Positions 38,001-45,779 of a stretch of 64,000 nt of DNA are shown here, piece by piece. The notes below the pieces were generated by a model. That model was not told the DNA's origin, did not search any database, and saw nothing but the letters and a program-made list of their open reading frames with translations. Every line of letters starts with the position of its first letter. Position 1 is the stretch's first letter. A program made the position numbers and the translations under genes. This DNA comes from Bacteroidia bacterium (GTDB lineage: Bacteria > Bacteroidota > Bacteroidia > Bacteroidales > CAJPTX01). The DNA is taken from positions 163,998-227,997 of the forward strand of contig CAJPTC010000001.1 in assembly GCA_905373475.1 (NCBI GenBank). Reading direction: 5' to 3'.

Positions 38001-40996
38001 TAATGGGCACAGAAGGCGTAGAGATTGAGGCAGATATGAATACGGCGTTAAAGTTACGTGTGGTGGCTCAAAATGGGCGCAACGTGAAATTTTATACCAT
38101 TCGTCTGTCTATGGCACAAGAGATAACATGGGGTAGCGATAAGTTGGTGTATCCATTCTCGGGAACGCCTACTAAACTGGATGCAACGGCATCGTCGGAA
38201 CTCCCTGTTAGCTACTATAGTTTAGATCCTTCGGTCGCTACAGTCGATGCGCAGGGCAATTTGGTAACGGGCGCAGTGGGTACAACTACAATTGTGGCTG
38301 AGCAAAAAGGGAATGAGTTATACAAGGTCGCTGAGAGGAAACAGCGCGAGGTAGAGGTAACTCGTGTACCCCTCACGATAAAGATGAAGGATGCTACAAT
38401 GGCGCAGGGTGAGTCTTTACCCGACTTCGATTTTGAGTATGTGGGCTTACAGTTTGACGATACTGAAGAACAATTTGATGCTTCGTACGAGGTGCGTCTG
38501 AAGGATGGTACGGTGTGGAATGAAACTCTCCCCGCATTAGCACCTGGCGAATATGTAGTAGCGCCTGCCAATTATACTGCGCCTTATTCGTTGGGCAGCT
38601 ATACCGTAACACGTGAAAACGGAAAACTGACGGTAACTGCACCGCAACTGCCCGCTACAACGTTTGTCGTTACGGATGAAAATAATGCACCGTGTCCCGA
38701 TGCAAAAGTATTATGCGACGGTGTAACCTATTCTTTGGGGGCAGACGGAAAAGTGGTGGCGTACTTAAAGCCTGGTAAGTATCAGGTTGAGGTATCGAAA
38801 GCAGGATATGAAAGCGACTGGAAAGATTTTGTAGTGGCAGATGCTCCGCAAACCGTAGAATTACAGCTCTTGAAAGAGATATTTACACTCTCGTATACAA
38901 CGGATGAGTTTGGTGTAATTCTGGGTAAGGAGGCGCAAACGGTTGCACTCCACTCAAACGGTGAGCAAGTAATCGCCGTCCCGAAAGATTCGCAGCACCG
39001 TTTTAAAGAATGGTCGGATGGTGTAAAAACGGCAGCACGTACGGAGCTGGATGTGCAAGCCAGCCTAAATGTTAAGGCAACGTTTGAAGAGTTCTTCTAT
39101 ACGCTCTCTTACAAAGTCTCGGATGGAGGAGAGTTTGAAACTACGAACACAGAACAACAGGTGGCTTACGGTGGGAATGCGACTCCCGTTAAGGTAAAGG
39201 CGAAAGAGGGGTATATCTTTATGGGATGGACAGATGGGAACTCGGAACTGACGCGTACTGATGTCAATGTAAAGGGAGATCTGAGTGTGACGGCTGTCTT
39301 CTTGAAGCCTTATCGTCTAGCATGGAAGAACGATTTTGAGCGCGGTGCTTCTATTGAGCAAGGTTGGAATTATGACAAGCCTGCGGCGGGACGGGGCTGG
39401 GGATTATTGGCAGCAAAGATGATCTCGAGTGTAAAGAATCCGAGTGGTCATGTGCTTGCTATAGTACCTCTCTATGAATCGCCACGACCAGAGTATACGG
39501 ATTGTTGGGTAGCGTCTCCGTGGTTCTCATTAGAAGAGAAGACGGCTTCTACCACTAAGTTGATTCTGAGCTACGTTTGCCATGTAAAGACCTCTGCAGG
39601 GCATACTTCAAAACTTCAGTACAGCTTCGAGGATGATGTTTGGCATGATGGTGCAAATGTGGAAGGCAAGGCCGTTACTAAGCAAGAGAAGTTTGAATTA
39701 GATCTTGCAACGCTTGCCGCTCACAAGCGTATTCGTTTCCGTTGGGTGTTTGGTGGTTCTAACACCTATACTTACCTTGCACTGGATGATATCGAGGTTA
39801 AATTTGACGTTGCGGCGCAAGAGGTACAGCGTTATTTTGCGGGCGCACATGGGCACATCAAACAGGAAGGTAACGAGGCGCTATTGTCTGCAATTGAGCA
39901 AACCACAGAGGTTGGCAATTTGGGTACAAAGATTGTTGCCGTTCCCGATGCTGGCTATGTATTTGACAAGTGGTCTGACGGTAAGACGGAAGATGAGCGT
40001 CAAGACAATACTTCGGTCTCGGTAGAAGCATTGTTCAAGAAGGGGACATTTAAGACCATCTATCTTGCTGGTGAGAATGGAAAGATAGAAGGGATAACAA
40101 CGCAGGTTGTAGCTGCGGGTGGCGAAACTGCGGCAGTGACGGCAGTGCCTAACGTAGGTTACAAATTTGATGCTTGGGATGATGGCTCTAAAGACAATCC
40201 GCGTAAGGATCTGGTAACAGAGGATAAAACATATACGGCGAATTTTGTTGCTGTGCCTAGCACGTATGTTGTAACATTAGCGCCCACGGAGCACGGGAGG
40301 ATTTCAATTCAAAATTATACGGCAGAACAGTTGCAAGCCGTTCCCGCTGGAACTACTCTTACCGTTGTTGTAACGCCTGATGCTGGCTGGAAGCTAAAGA
40401 CCCTGACTGCTAACGGGGATGATATTGCAGCTACGAAGCAGTTTACGGTTAATGCGGCAGTAACAGTGCTGGCAGTATTTGAAAAAGAAGGTGGTGCTCC
40501 GCAACCTAAGACGTTTGCTGTAACGCTTGCGAAAGAAGGCGAAGGAGAACTGAAGGTAACGGGCATTGAAGAAAGTAAATTGGATGCCGTTCCCGAAGGC
40601 ACCGAGCTCATGGCAGTGGCAACACCTGCAAAGGGTTGGAAGCTGAAGAGCCTAACGGCAGGCGATAAGAATATTGCTGCTGACGGTAAGTTCGTTGTAA
40701 CAGCAAATGTTGAAGTTAAGGCCGTGTTTGAAAAAACTACTGCTGTTGAGGACGCAATATTTGCGAATGTACTGGTAGCGCCCAATCCGTTCGATAATCA
40801 ATTACGAATTGTAAACGGCGAATTACGTGGAACATACGCGTTGTTGAATGCACAAGGTATAGTTGTACGTAGTGGTAATATGGCTGGTAGTGAGGTAGTG
40901 ATTGAAACAAGCGATCTTACTTCAGGTCTCTACCTCTTGCGTCTTACTGCCGAAAATGGTGCAATGGAGGCAATAACAGTCGTAAAAGAGCGATAA
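32003..40996 (+). CDS. Giant secreted S8 serine peptidase with adhesin-like domain train and T9SS sorting domain (S8-2), paralogue of S8-1
   Basis: 2997-aa ORF, collinear with S8-1 along its whole length. Signal peptide; triad D241 (nt 32723), H269, S444 (DGTSMSCP, nt 33332). Same order of P-domain, CARDB, GEVED-like, LamG, Big_2, MBG and InlB-B repeats. T9SS CTD at 40775-40993. Confidence 0.9.
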   Translation: MKRVCLLVLLLCVAVQLYAQQPIRFGDREVYLETNVRTTVRGHRTSSLELGVPTGEKLNVLVQFEAGRIPYSVLKQKGVELGDYLGANAYYAKVAPGSRPSDFVGTGLRAVVPIRGEWKVVSGLLQQDIPEWAHEGDNLKMNLSWFDGITWEQVKRLLDAQGATYRTPSEFSRSVEVVAKREAILALAEHEAISFIRYTTPPMEVENFEGAHVSGAFTLRTPTALGGRGLTGRGVRIGIWDGNVADHVDYGKRVHRKEFELSVLSSSAHGMHTTGTILGSGLRNEKHRGMAPEAEIWTYNFNMQSNGLTTEQEMYLAALEEKISLTSNSYGMNMKNICGTKRILNYSYLGQPNLDLLAYVVPTLTHVFSAGNSQGACGWKYSHVSNYGKNIISVAAVKPNEQITTFSSFGPLLDGRMFPIISALGQGVWSTVDMQSYWQMDGTSMSCPTVTGHLALLTQRYKELHGGAIPYNYFLKALIANTARDAGNPGPDYKYGFGLLDGVAAITAMENNWYKKAVFSKGGAPQTTKITVPAGVKELRVMLCWNDPVADKEYATGENPMINDLDLSVTANGTTHLPLTLDAKTPDALAVEKENKLDNIEQVVWKMPAAGEYTIQVSGAVNQEDEQPYAIVWYYDKKQPAITAPLEGEVYTPDEKLWLRTENLQAPLKVELSVDGGASYTPIDGTYDACALLEPLGQYGVSKAVLRVTDRDGNVLQSGTFSIMSQVKGVKLQAPSCGTDGWKLTWKKAYDAAKYEILKADFDSETVEVIGETPSTKRSFEIPSEKVNKGRNLFSVRAVSAEGVRGIRSVGEVQEAAYLPAITADNLPYFETFVGWPLKTGHVETGKNLDFRPVESLPELRLPFDSHILAWDGKIEPDNWDDPFAERKNVGQLSICELDLTGLEDGTEIQLFAHTLLLKADGDPTGSQLRLLVNGEEYPDVMGRKRIIGDGEERRLCWDLSKFVKQKVSLKFEGAMKTSDDGVAIVSYRIIKKTVLSDVGVAWVNDPEIKAEANLQERTIRFDVQNYSSKDLKNVPISVEVDGKLIYSESLESLKPFEDRIITCKHNFYSKEAHKFRVDIHVDCDDDANPYNNDAAFEVYNLGDIIAMPEIQYINVMGMIFPRVPFEKITLSGNKLFTDGRGELEPYYQRERAVLQIQPEHDNGIVQIVFRELALAKYDTLYVFTGNVPDNLNVDLAHPSLVFAGQSSEPRTIISEARNGAITFAFKAENPKPGDGWIADASEILMENTLAITEFREVAGKDATHSKLEVIVQNFTPAPIYEAPLFVTINDELQRFEIPVLKANSTTSFILPDELDVTPPVRVLLVAELAKDGKMDDNRKELLIERDPLWNGGGKIKTPATLYMTKVYAVGAKDTIAVKPSAQILYLSAQKLELYTESNNALGIHLSVLPAEAQLPASLRVWIDVNKDGVLDDTKEAYTVALQKDVASYLVPINSSSLVGVAAGEYRMRIMLAKDEDYLKFKGGKEIEWGSVVDVTAELKEGRSPSDYELALVRFADLKSGRTLSTETSIKLKVRNNGLAPITKIALTCTVDEKTTFDEEVSCNIAVRAEEIVELSRKVDFSAEGKHTLHVALKEPDSNTADNEAKITVYKIPAKTSDLYSLKFVAAEGDGVLLQNVATEIENDGTIEGWWRLDEPQSCAFADGGKAGIWMASLVNNPNFRDNTLVFMAGINGLFASLDPCIVPGKWQHIAATFYQTMATGSPETWVKVYVDGKHIPMRSMGFDGFKLRHLGLNVDMKGENAMFRIWKKQLEEAEVVANMTKSVRQSDGKLPADCLGEFVFTEGHGVTSASGDERFALIVSKRDNIWQKIENLVSDVTVEGQLIPAETVAKNEVKVTMASDFNAFSNVKVKFGFFWPGAVVTQNGNVVTDDTELDFSSAEHKLSFKVKYDALFGMPIEQDVTIQLVNDKSGACDLLEIAMPKAKNPGLKNELSENNPKQLLVWEVESESATNPFNPKKAKIVVKKISDNAKLYRGDEELVMGTEGVEIEADMNTALKLRVVAQNGRNVKFYTIRLSMAQEITWGSDKLVYPFSGTPTKLDATASSELPVSYYSLDPSVATVDAQGNLVTGAVGTTTIVAEQKGNELYKVAERKQREVEVTRVPLTIKMKDATMAQGESLPDFDFEYVGLQFDDTEEQFDASYEVRLKDGTVWNETLPALAPGEYVVAPANYTAPYSLGSYTVTRENGKLTVTAPQLPATTFVVTDENNAPCPDAKVLCDGVTYSLGADGKVVAYLKPGKYQVEVSKAGYESDWKDFVVADAPQTVELQLLKEIFTLSYTTDEFGVILGKEAQTVALHSNGEQVIAVPKDSQHRFKEWSDGVKTAARTELDVQASLNVKATFEEFFYTLSYKVSDGGEFETTNTEQQVAYGGNATPVKVKAKEGYIFMGWTDGNSELTRTDVNVKGDLSVTAVFLKPYRLAWKNDFERGASIEQGWNYDKPAAGRGWGLLAAKMISSVKNPSGHVLAIVPLYESPRPEYTDCWVASPWFSLEEKTASTTKLILSYVCHVKTSAGHTSKLQYSFEDDVWHDGANVEGKAVTKQEKFELDLATLAAHKRIRFRWVFGGSNTYTYLALDDIEVKFDVAAQEVQRYFAGAHGHIKQEGNEALLSAIEQTTEVGNLGTKIVAVPDAGYVFDKWSDGKTEDERQDNTSVSVEALFKKGTFKTIYLAGENGKIEGITTQVVAAGGETAAVTAVPNVGYKFDAWDDGSKDNPRKDLVTEDKTYTANFVAVPSTYVVTLAPTEHGRISIQNYTAEQLQAVPAGTTLTVVVTPDAGWKLKTLTANGDDIAATKQFTVNAAVTVLAVFEKEGGAPQPKTFAVTLAKEGEGELKVTGIEESKLDAVPEGTELMAVATPAKGWKLKSLTAGDKNIAADGKFVVTANVEVKAVFEKTTAVEDAIFANVLVAPNPFDNQLRIVNGELRGTYALLNAQGIVVRSGNMAGSEVVIETSDLTSGLYLLRLTAENGAMEAITVVKER

Positions 40997-41000
40997 TGAG

Positions 41001-41036
41001 GTTCGTAGGGGCGAGGCGCGCCTCGCCCCTACGAAC
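41001..41036. repeat. 36-bp perfect palindrome of the GTAGGGGCGAGGC family
   Basis: GTTCGTAGGGGCGAGGCG/CGCCTCGCCCCTACGAAC starts 5 nt after the S8-2 stop. Relatives lie at 41331-41350 (GGGCGAGGCATGCCTCGCCC), at 14322-14345, and as imperfect copies at 41595-41614 and 31643-31662 (opposite orientation). Confidence 0.9.
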
Positions 41037-41055
41037 GCATTGATAATCAATGATA

Positions 41056-41088
41056 ACGGGTATTGCCTTTAGGCGATGCCCGTTTTTT
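41056..41088 (+). terminator. Intrinsic terminator of S8-2
   Basis: ACGGGUAUUGCC-UUUA-GGCGAUGCCCGU forms a 12-bp stem (2 G-U pairs) followed by a T6 run at 41083-41088. Confidence 0.65.
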
Positions 41089-41098
41089 GATTGTTTTT

Positions 41099-41548
41099 CG
41101 CCCAAAGTTTTACATTGGGCTAACGAGACTCACCGCCGCCATTCGGCGGGGTTCAATTTGAGCCCCTTAACGGGGCGGGTCTTTTTAGCACGGAGGTAAA
41201 ACCCCGTGCGAATCTCGATACGCCAAGCGCTTATATACCGCCCAACGTTTCACATTGGGCTAACGAGACTCACCGCCGCCCTTCGGCGGGGTTCTACGCG
41301 CATAGCGATTATTTCACGGTGTGTCGTGTCGGGCGAGGCATGCCTCGCCCCTACGTTCGCGCCACTGACGCGAATCTGTAATGCGGCTTTGTCTTTTCGC
41401 ACTGAAAGTGCAATACAATCTAGCACAAGGCAGCGCTTTGGGTTACGATATCACAAGACCGATGCGCCCTGAAAGGGCAACACATTACAACCCAATGTTT
41501 TGCATTGCGCTAACGCTATACACCGCCGCCATTCGGCGGGGTTCAATT
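41099..41548 (+). repeat. Three dispersed direct copies of a ~56-nt double-hairpin repeat
   Basis: Copies at 41099-41154, 41239-41294 (3 mismatches to copy 1) and 41489-41544 (more diverged). The consensus is CGCCCAAnGTTTnACATTGGGCTAACGAGACTCACCGCCGCCnTTCGGCGGGGTTC. Each copy contains a CCCAA...TTGGG hairpin and a CCGCCG-N5-CGGCGG hairpin. Confidence 0.85.
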
Positions 41549-41871
41549 ACGGCGTGCCATGGCGCGCCGCTACACGTAATAATGTGTTTTGTATGGGCGA
41601 TGGCGTGCCTCGCCCACAATGGGTTGCGCAAAGCGTTTCTATGCGGATGGAGTTTACGGCGCAAAGCGGGTATTCGTTAGATGTTTTGCTGCGTGAACAT
41701 TGTCTTTATTTTTATTGTTTTTTAGAAACCGTATTTTTAAGGAGGCGCAAGGGCATAAAACGTGCTAGGCTATACGGTTTCGCTACCTTTGCACGACAAA
41801 AGTGTGTAATTGATGTGGCAGTCTTACTCAAACTTGTTTAGCAAGACGCTGCGCGACAATACGAAGAGGAA

Positions 41872-42732
41872 ATGTTTCGAATTCTGAAGAAAGAGAAGCT
41901 AGCACCCGCCATTTACTTGATGGACATCTATTCGCCACGAGTAGCGGAGTCTGCCCAGCCAGGGCAATTTGTCATAGTACGTGTTGATGAGCGGGGGGAA
42001 CGTGTACCCCTCACTATTGCCGACTACAATAAGGAGACTGGCGCTGTAACTATCGTAATTCAAACGATTGGCGCTAGCACGTCTAAGTTGTGCGATTTGA
42101 ACGAGGGCGATTCGGTGATGGACTTTGTCGGTCCGTTGGGGTTACCGAGCGATCTGTGTGAGATGAGCGATGCGGAACTTGCAGAGAAGCGAATCATTTT
42201 CGTGGGTGGCGGTCTAGGGGCAGCGCCTATTTATCCGCAGGTGAAGTATTTGGCAGAGCGCGGTTTTAAGCCTGATGTAATAATTGGCGCTAAAACGAAA
42301 GAAATAGAGATTATGCGCCCCGAGCTTGAGGCGGTTTCCGCAAACTACTACCAAGCAACGGATGACGGCTCTGACGGATTCCATGGCATGGTGACCGATT
42401 GTTTGAAGGATTTGGTGCAAAACCACGGGAAGCAGTATAACCATTGTGTGACGATTGGGCCTATGATTATGATGAAGTTTGTGGCAAAGCTTACCCAAGA
42501 GCTAGGCATTTTTACCATTGCTAGCTTGAACACCTTGATGGTAGACGGCACGGGAATGTGTGGTGCTTGCCGCGTTAGCGTGGGAGGTAAGATGCGCTTT
42601 ACATGCGTTGAAGGGCCAGAATTTGATGCGCACCAAGTGAATTTTGATGAGGCGCTTCGTCGTCAGGGTATGTATCGCGATTTTGAAAAGTCGCGCCTAG
42701 AGGAGTATAAAGAACAGTGCAAACTAAACTAA
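41872..42732 (+). CDS. Sulfide/dihydroorotate dehydrogenase-like FAD/NAD-binding protein (NfnA-like small subunit)
   Basis: 286 aa with a ferredoxin-reductase fold (PGQFVIVRV, VGGGLGAAP) and a C-terminal Cys cluster (GTGMCGACRV...FTCVEGP). Followed 4 nt later by the GltD-like partner. Confidence 0.85.
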   Translation: MFRILKKEKLAPAIYLMDIYSPRVAESAQPGQFVIVRVDERGERVPLTIADYNKETGAVTIVIQTIGASTSKLCDLNEGDSVMDFVGPLGLPSDLCEMSDAELAEKRIIFVGGGLGAAPIYPQVKYLAERGFKPDVIIGAKTKEIEIMRPELEAVSANYYQATDDGSDGFHGMVTDCLKDLVQNHGKQYNHCVTIGPMIMMKFVAKLTQELGIFTIASLNTLMVDGTGMCGACRVSVGGKMRFTCVEGPEFDAHQVNFDEALRRQGMYRDFEKSRLEEYKEQCKLN

Positions 42733-42736
42733 GAGG

Positions 42737-44122
42737 ATGGCACAGAAGAAAGATCGTGTTCCCGTACGCGAACAAGAACCCAAAGTTCGAGTACAGAACT
42801 TTCAGGAAGTTTGCTACGGCTATAACGTAACCGAGGCACAAGAGGAGGCAACGCGTTGTTTGCAATGCAAGAAGCCTCGTTGCATGGAGGCGTGCCCTGT
42901 GAACATACACATCCCGCAATTCATTAAGAAGGTGCTGGAAGGCGATGTTTTGGGTGCAGCCGATATTATTGGTCAGGATTCGAGCCTTCCCGCGGTTTGT
43001 GGGCGTGTGTGCCCTCAAGAAACGCAATGCGAGGGGTCTTGTATCGTGGGTATAAAGGGTGTGCCCGTTGCGATTGGAAAACTGGAGCGTTTTGTGGCAG
43101 ATACGGCTCGCGAGCAGAATCACTTCAATCTGGAGTGCGCCCCCAAGAATGGTAAGAAGGTTGCCATAATAGGTTCGGGACCTGCTGGTTTGGCGTGTGC
43201 TAATGATTTGGCGCGCAAAGGGTATAGCGTTACCATTTTTGAGGCATTGCACGAAGCGGGCGGAGTGCTAGTGTATGGTATTCCAGAGTTCCGTCTACCC
43301 AAGGAGACGATTGTAAAATCGGAGATAGAAAACCTAAAGAAGCTGGGGGTAGAGATAATTACGGATGTGATAGTGGGTCGTACGGTAACCATAGACCATC
43401 TGTTGGATGTAGAGGGCTACGGAGCAGTGTTTATTGCTTCGGGGGCTGGTTTGCCAAAGTTTATGAACATCCCTGGTGAGAATCTGAACGGGGTTGTATC
43501 GGCCAATGAGCTCTTGACGCGCGCTAATCTCATGAAAGCGTTTGACAAGAGCTATGATACGCCCATCTACGTGGGAAAACGAGTAGCCGTAGTAGGGGGC
43601 GGTAATGTGGCGATGGATGCTGCGCGTACAGCCGCTCGTCTGGGTGCAGAGGTACATTTGGTATACCGTCGTTCGGAGGCAGAACTTCCCGCTCGTGCAG
43701 AGGAAGTGCATCATGCCAAGGAAGAGGGTATTATTTTCAACCTGCTTTGCAACCCAGTAGAGATTTTGGGTGATGAAAAGGGTTGGGTTACGGCCATTCG
43801 TGCCATACGTATGGAGCTAGGAGAGCCCGATGCCAGCGGACGTCGTACTCCTAAGGAAGTACCAGGATCGGAGTTTGATATTCCGTGCGATGTGGTTTGT
43901 ATGGCGCTCGGTACGTCGCCGAACCCCATGATAGCCTCTACTACTCCTGGTTTGGAGGTTAAGAAGTCGGGAGGCATAGTTGCCGACGAAATGGGGCAAA
44001 CCTCTCGTAAGGAGGTCTTTGCAGGTGGCGATGCCGTGAGTGGGGCAGCAACGGTTATTCTCGCTATGGGTGCGGGACGCAAGGCTGCTGCGGCGATTGA
44101 CCAATTTTTGAGTAGCAAATAG
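42737..44122 (+). CDS. gltA: NADPH-dependent glutamate synthase small-chain-like oxidoreductase (NfnB/GltD-like)
   Basis: 461 aa. N-terminal Fe-S motifs (CLQCKKPRCMEACPV, CGRVCPQETQCEGSC) and two Rossmann motifs (IIGSGPAGLACA, VVGGGNVAMDAA). Confidence 0.88.
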   Translation: MAQKKDRVPVREQEPKVRVQNFQEVCYGYNVTEAQEEATRCLQCKKPRCMEACPVNIHIPQFIKKVLEGDVLGAADIIGQDSSLPAVCGRVCPQETQCEGSCIVGIKGVPVAIGKLERFVADTAREQNHFNLECAPKNGKKVAIIGSGPAGLACANDLARKGYSVTIFEALHEAGGVLVYGIPEFRLPKETIVKSEIENLKKLGVEIITDVIVGRTVTIDHLLDVEGYGAVFIASGAGLPKFMNIPGENLNGVVSANELLTRANLMKAFDKSYDTPIYVGKRVAVVGGGNVAMDAARTAARLGAEVHLVYRRSEAELPARAEEVHHAKEEGIIFNLLCNPVEILGDEKGWVTAIRAIRMELGEPDASGRRTPKEVPGSEFDIPCDVVCMALGTSPNPMIASTTPGLEVKKSGGIVADEMGQTSRKEVFAGGDAVSGAATVILAMGAGRKAAAAIDQFLSSK

Positions 44123-44153
44123 ACAGAGTATATTTTCTAAGTGCATTAATGAA

Positions 44154-44186
44154 GGGGGGCGCTTCCGTAAGGTTGCGCCCTTTTTG
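44154..44186 (+). terminator. Intrinsic terminator after the NfnAB-like operon
   Basis: GGGCGC (44157-44162) pairs with GCGCCC (44175-44180) across a 12-nt loop, followed by TTTTT. Confidence 0.6.
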
Positions 44187-44250
44187 TTTAAGTTTGGCTC
44201 GTATCTTGCTTTCTTTCTACATTTACGCGCTATTCTTACCCAGACAGAAG

Positions 44251-45594
44251 ATGAGAATTATAGTAGCAGGAATCGGAGAAGTAGGTACGCATCTTGCGCA
44301 CATGCTCTCGGGTGGAGTCGACGATATTATTGCAATTGATCCGCTCCCTGAAAACCTCCGCCATCTCGAGAATATGGCAGACCTCGTTACTATTGAGGGG
44401 TCGGCTGCCTCTATTGCTGTGCTAAAAGCTGCCGAGATTGAGAAGTGCGATCTCTTTATAGCGGTTGCGCATTATGAGGAGACCAATATCATATCTGCCA
44501 TTCTTGCTAAAAAGCTGGGTGCAAAAAAAGTGATAGCCCGTGTAGATAGCAATGAGCTTCTTACGCCCGAGAATCAGCAGCATTTCAAAGAACTGGGTAT
44601 AGACTCACTTATCTATCCCGAGAAATTGGCTTCGCAGGTAATTATTGGTCTGCTTGGTTCTGTAGGCACGGTGGAATACGTCGATTTCTCTAACGGTCAG
44701 CTTGTGCTTGCAGCTCTGAAGGCTGAGCACGATATGAAGTATATCGGACGCACGTTGCAAGACGTTGCGCGTATGCATCAGGGCGACAAGTTCCGTATAG
44801 TGGCAATTTTGCGGGATGGGAATACGATTATCCCGTATGGCGATGAGATGCTTCTACAGGGCGATATGCTCTATATTATCTCTAGCAAGGCGGGGATTGC
44901 CACTTGGCGCAACCTACTTGGCGCTTCGAAAATGCAGGTAGATAACCTCATGGTGTTAGGCGCTTCGCGTATCGGGATGCGCACTTGTCTTGATCTGGAG
45001 GGTACGGTAAAGAATATAAAGCTTATAGAATCGGATCGCGAGAAGTGCGAACGCCTTGCTCCACTCTTTACCTCTACTATATGGGTAAACGGGGATGGTC
45101 GTGACCGCGAATTGCTCCTTGATGAAGGACTTGAACACATGGATGCCTTCGTGGCTGCCACTGGCAATTCGGAGACGAACATCATGGCTTGCCTAATGGC
45201 TCGTAAGGCAGGCGTGCCACAGATCATTGCGGAGGTAGAAAATATTGACTACATCTCGCTTGCCGAGGGAATAGGTATTGATTCTGTGGTTAATAAGAAG
45301 CTTATCACGGCATCACGCATCTTTCAATTCACTATGGGTAGTACCATTTCGTCTATGCGCTGCCTGACCAACCTTGATGCCGAAGTGCTAGAATACGTAG
45401 CGCGCGACGGAGCACCTGCTACTCGTGGTCGTATCAAAGATCTAAATTTCCCACGTCTTACCATTGCAGGCGGTATAATAAGAGGTGGTGATGCTTTTAT
45501 CGCCACGGGGGAAACCCAAATCCAAACGGGGGACAGAGTTGTTATATTCACTCTCAATCCTGCCCACGACAGACTGGATCGCTTTTTTTCGTAG
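44251..45594 (+). CDS. trkA: Trk potassium uptake system NAD-binding protein TrkA
   Basis: Start moved to MRIIVAGIGEVGTHLA (Rossmann GxGxxG). A second RCK/TrkA-N module sits at LMVLGASRIGMR. The 5' extension from 44149 overlaps the upstream terminator. Confidence 0.88.
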   Translation: MRIIVAGIGEVGTHLAHMLSGGVDDIIAIDPLPENLRHLENMADLVTIEGSAASIAVLKAAEIEKCDLFIAVAHYEETNIISAILAKKLGAKKVIARVDSNELLTPENQQHFKELGIDSLIYPEKLASQVIIGLLGSVGTVEYVDFSNGQLVLAALKAEHDMKYIGRTLQDVARMHQGDKFRIVAILRDGNTIIPYGDEMLLQGDMLYIISSKAGIATWRNLLGASKMQVDNLMVLGASRIGMRTCLDLEGTVKNIKLIESDREKCERLAPLFTSTIWVNGDGRDRELLLDEGLEHMDAFVAATGNSETNIMACLMARKAGVPQIIAEVENIDYISLAEGIGIDSVVNKKLITASRIFQFTMGSTISSMRCLTNLDAEVLEYVARDGAPATRGRIKDLNFPRLTIAGGIIRGGDAFIATGETQIQTGDRVVIFTLNPAHDRLDRFFS

Positions 45595-45779
45595 GGAGGT
45601 GGGTGTGTCAAAGTTTTCACTTTAACACGCCCACTTTAGTCATGTTCCGCATACATAGAATGCAAGGCGCTGAGAAGAAGTACACGGCAGATGTTCGTTT
45701 TGCCGCTTGTTCTAAAGACTCTCAAGCAGTGTCAATGCCACAACGCCTTCTAGTATCCACGGAACAAAGGTACAGAGTA

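Noticed and set aside
41141-41160. GGTTCAAT after the GC hairpin of the 56-nt repeat, considered as a tRNA T-arm or tRNA-derived element.
   Set aside because: I could not fold a cloverleaf. There is no acceptor stem, no anticodon arm, and no matching 5-bp T-stem around a 7-nt loop.
14108-41614. Possibility that the recurring repeats form a CRISPR array.
   Set aside because: The repeats are heterogeneous modules in variable order and irregular spacing, not one repeat alternating with unique spacers of fixed length. No cas genes are present.
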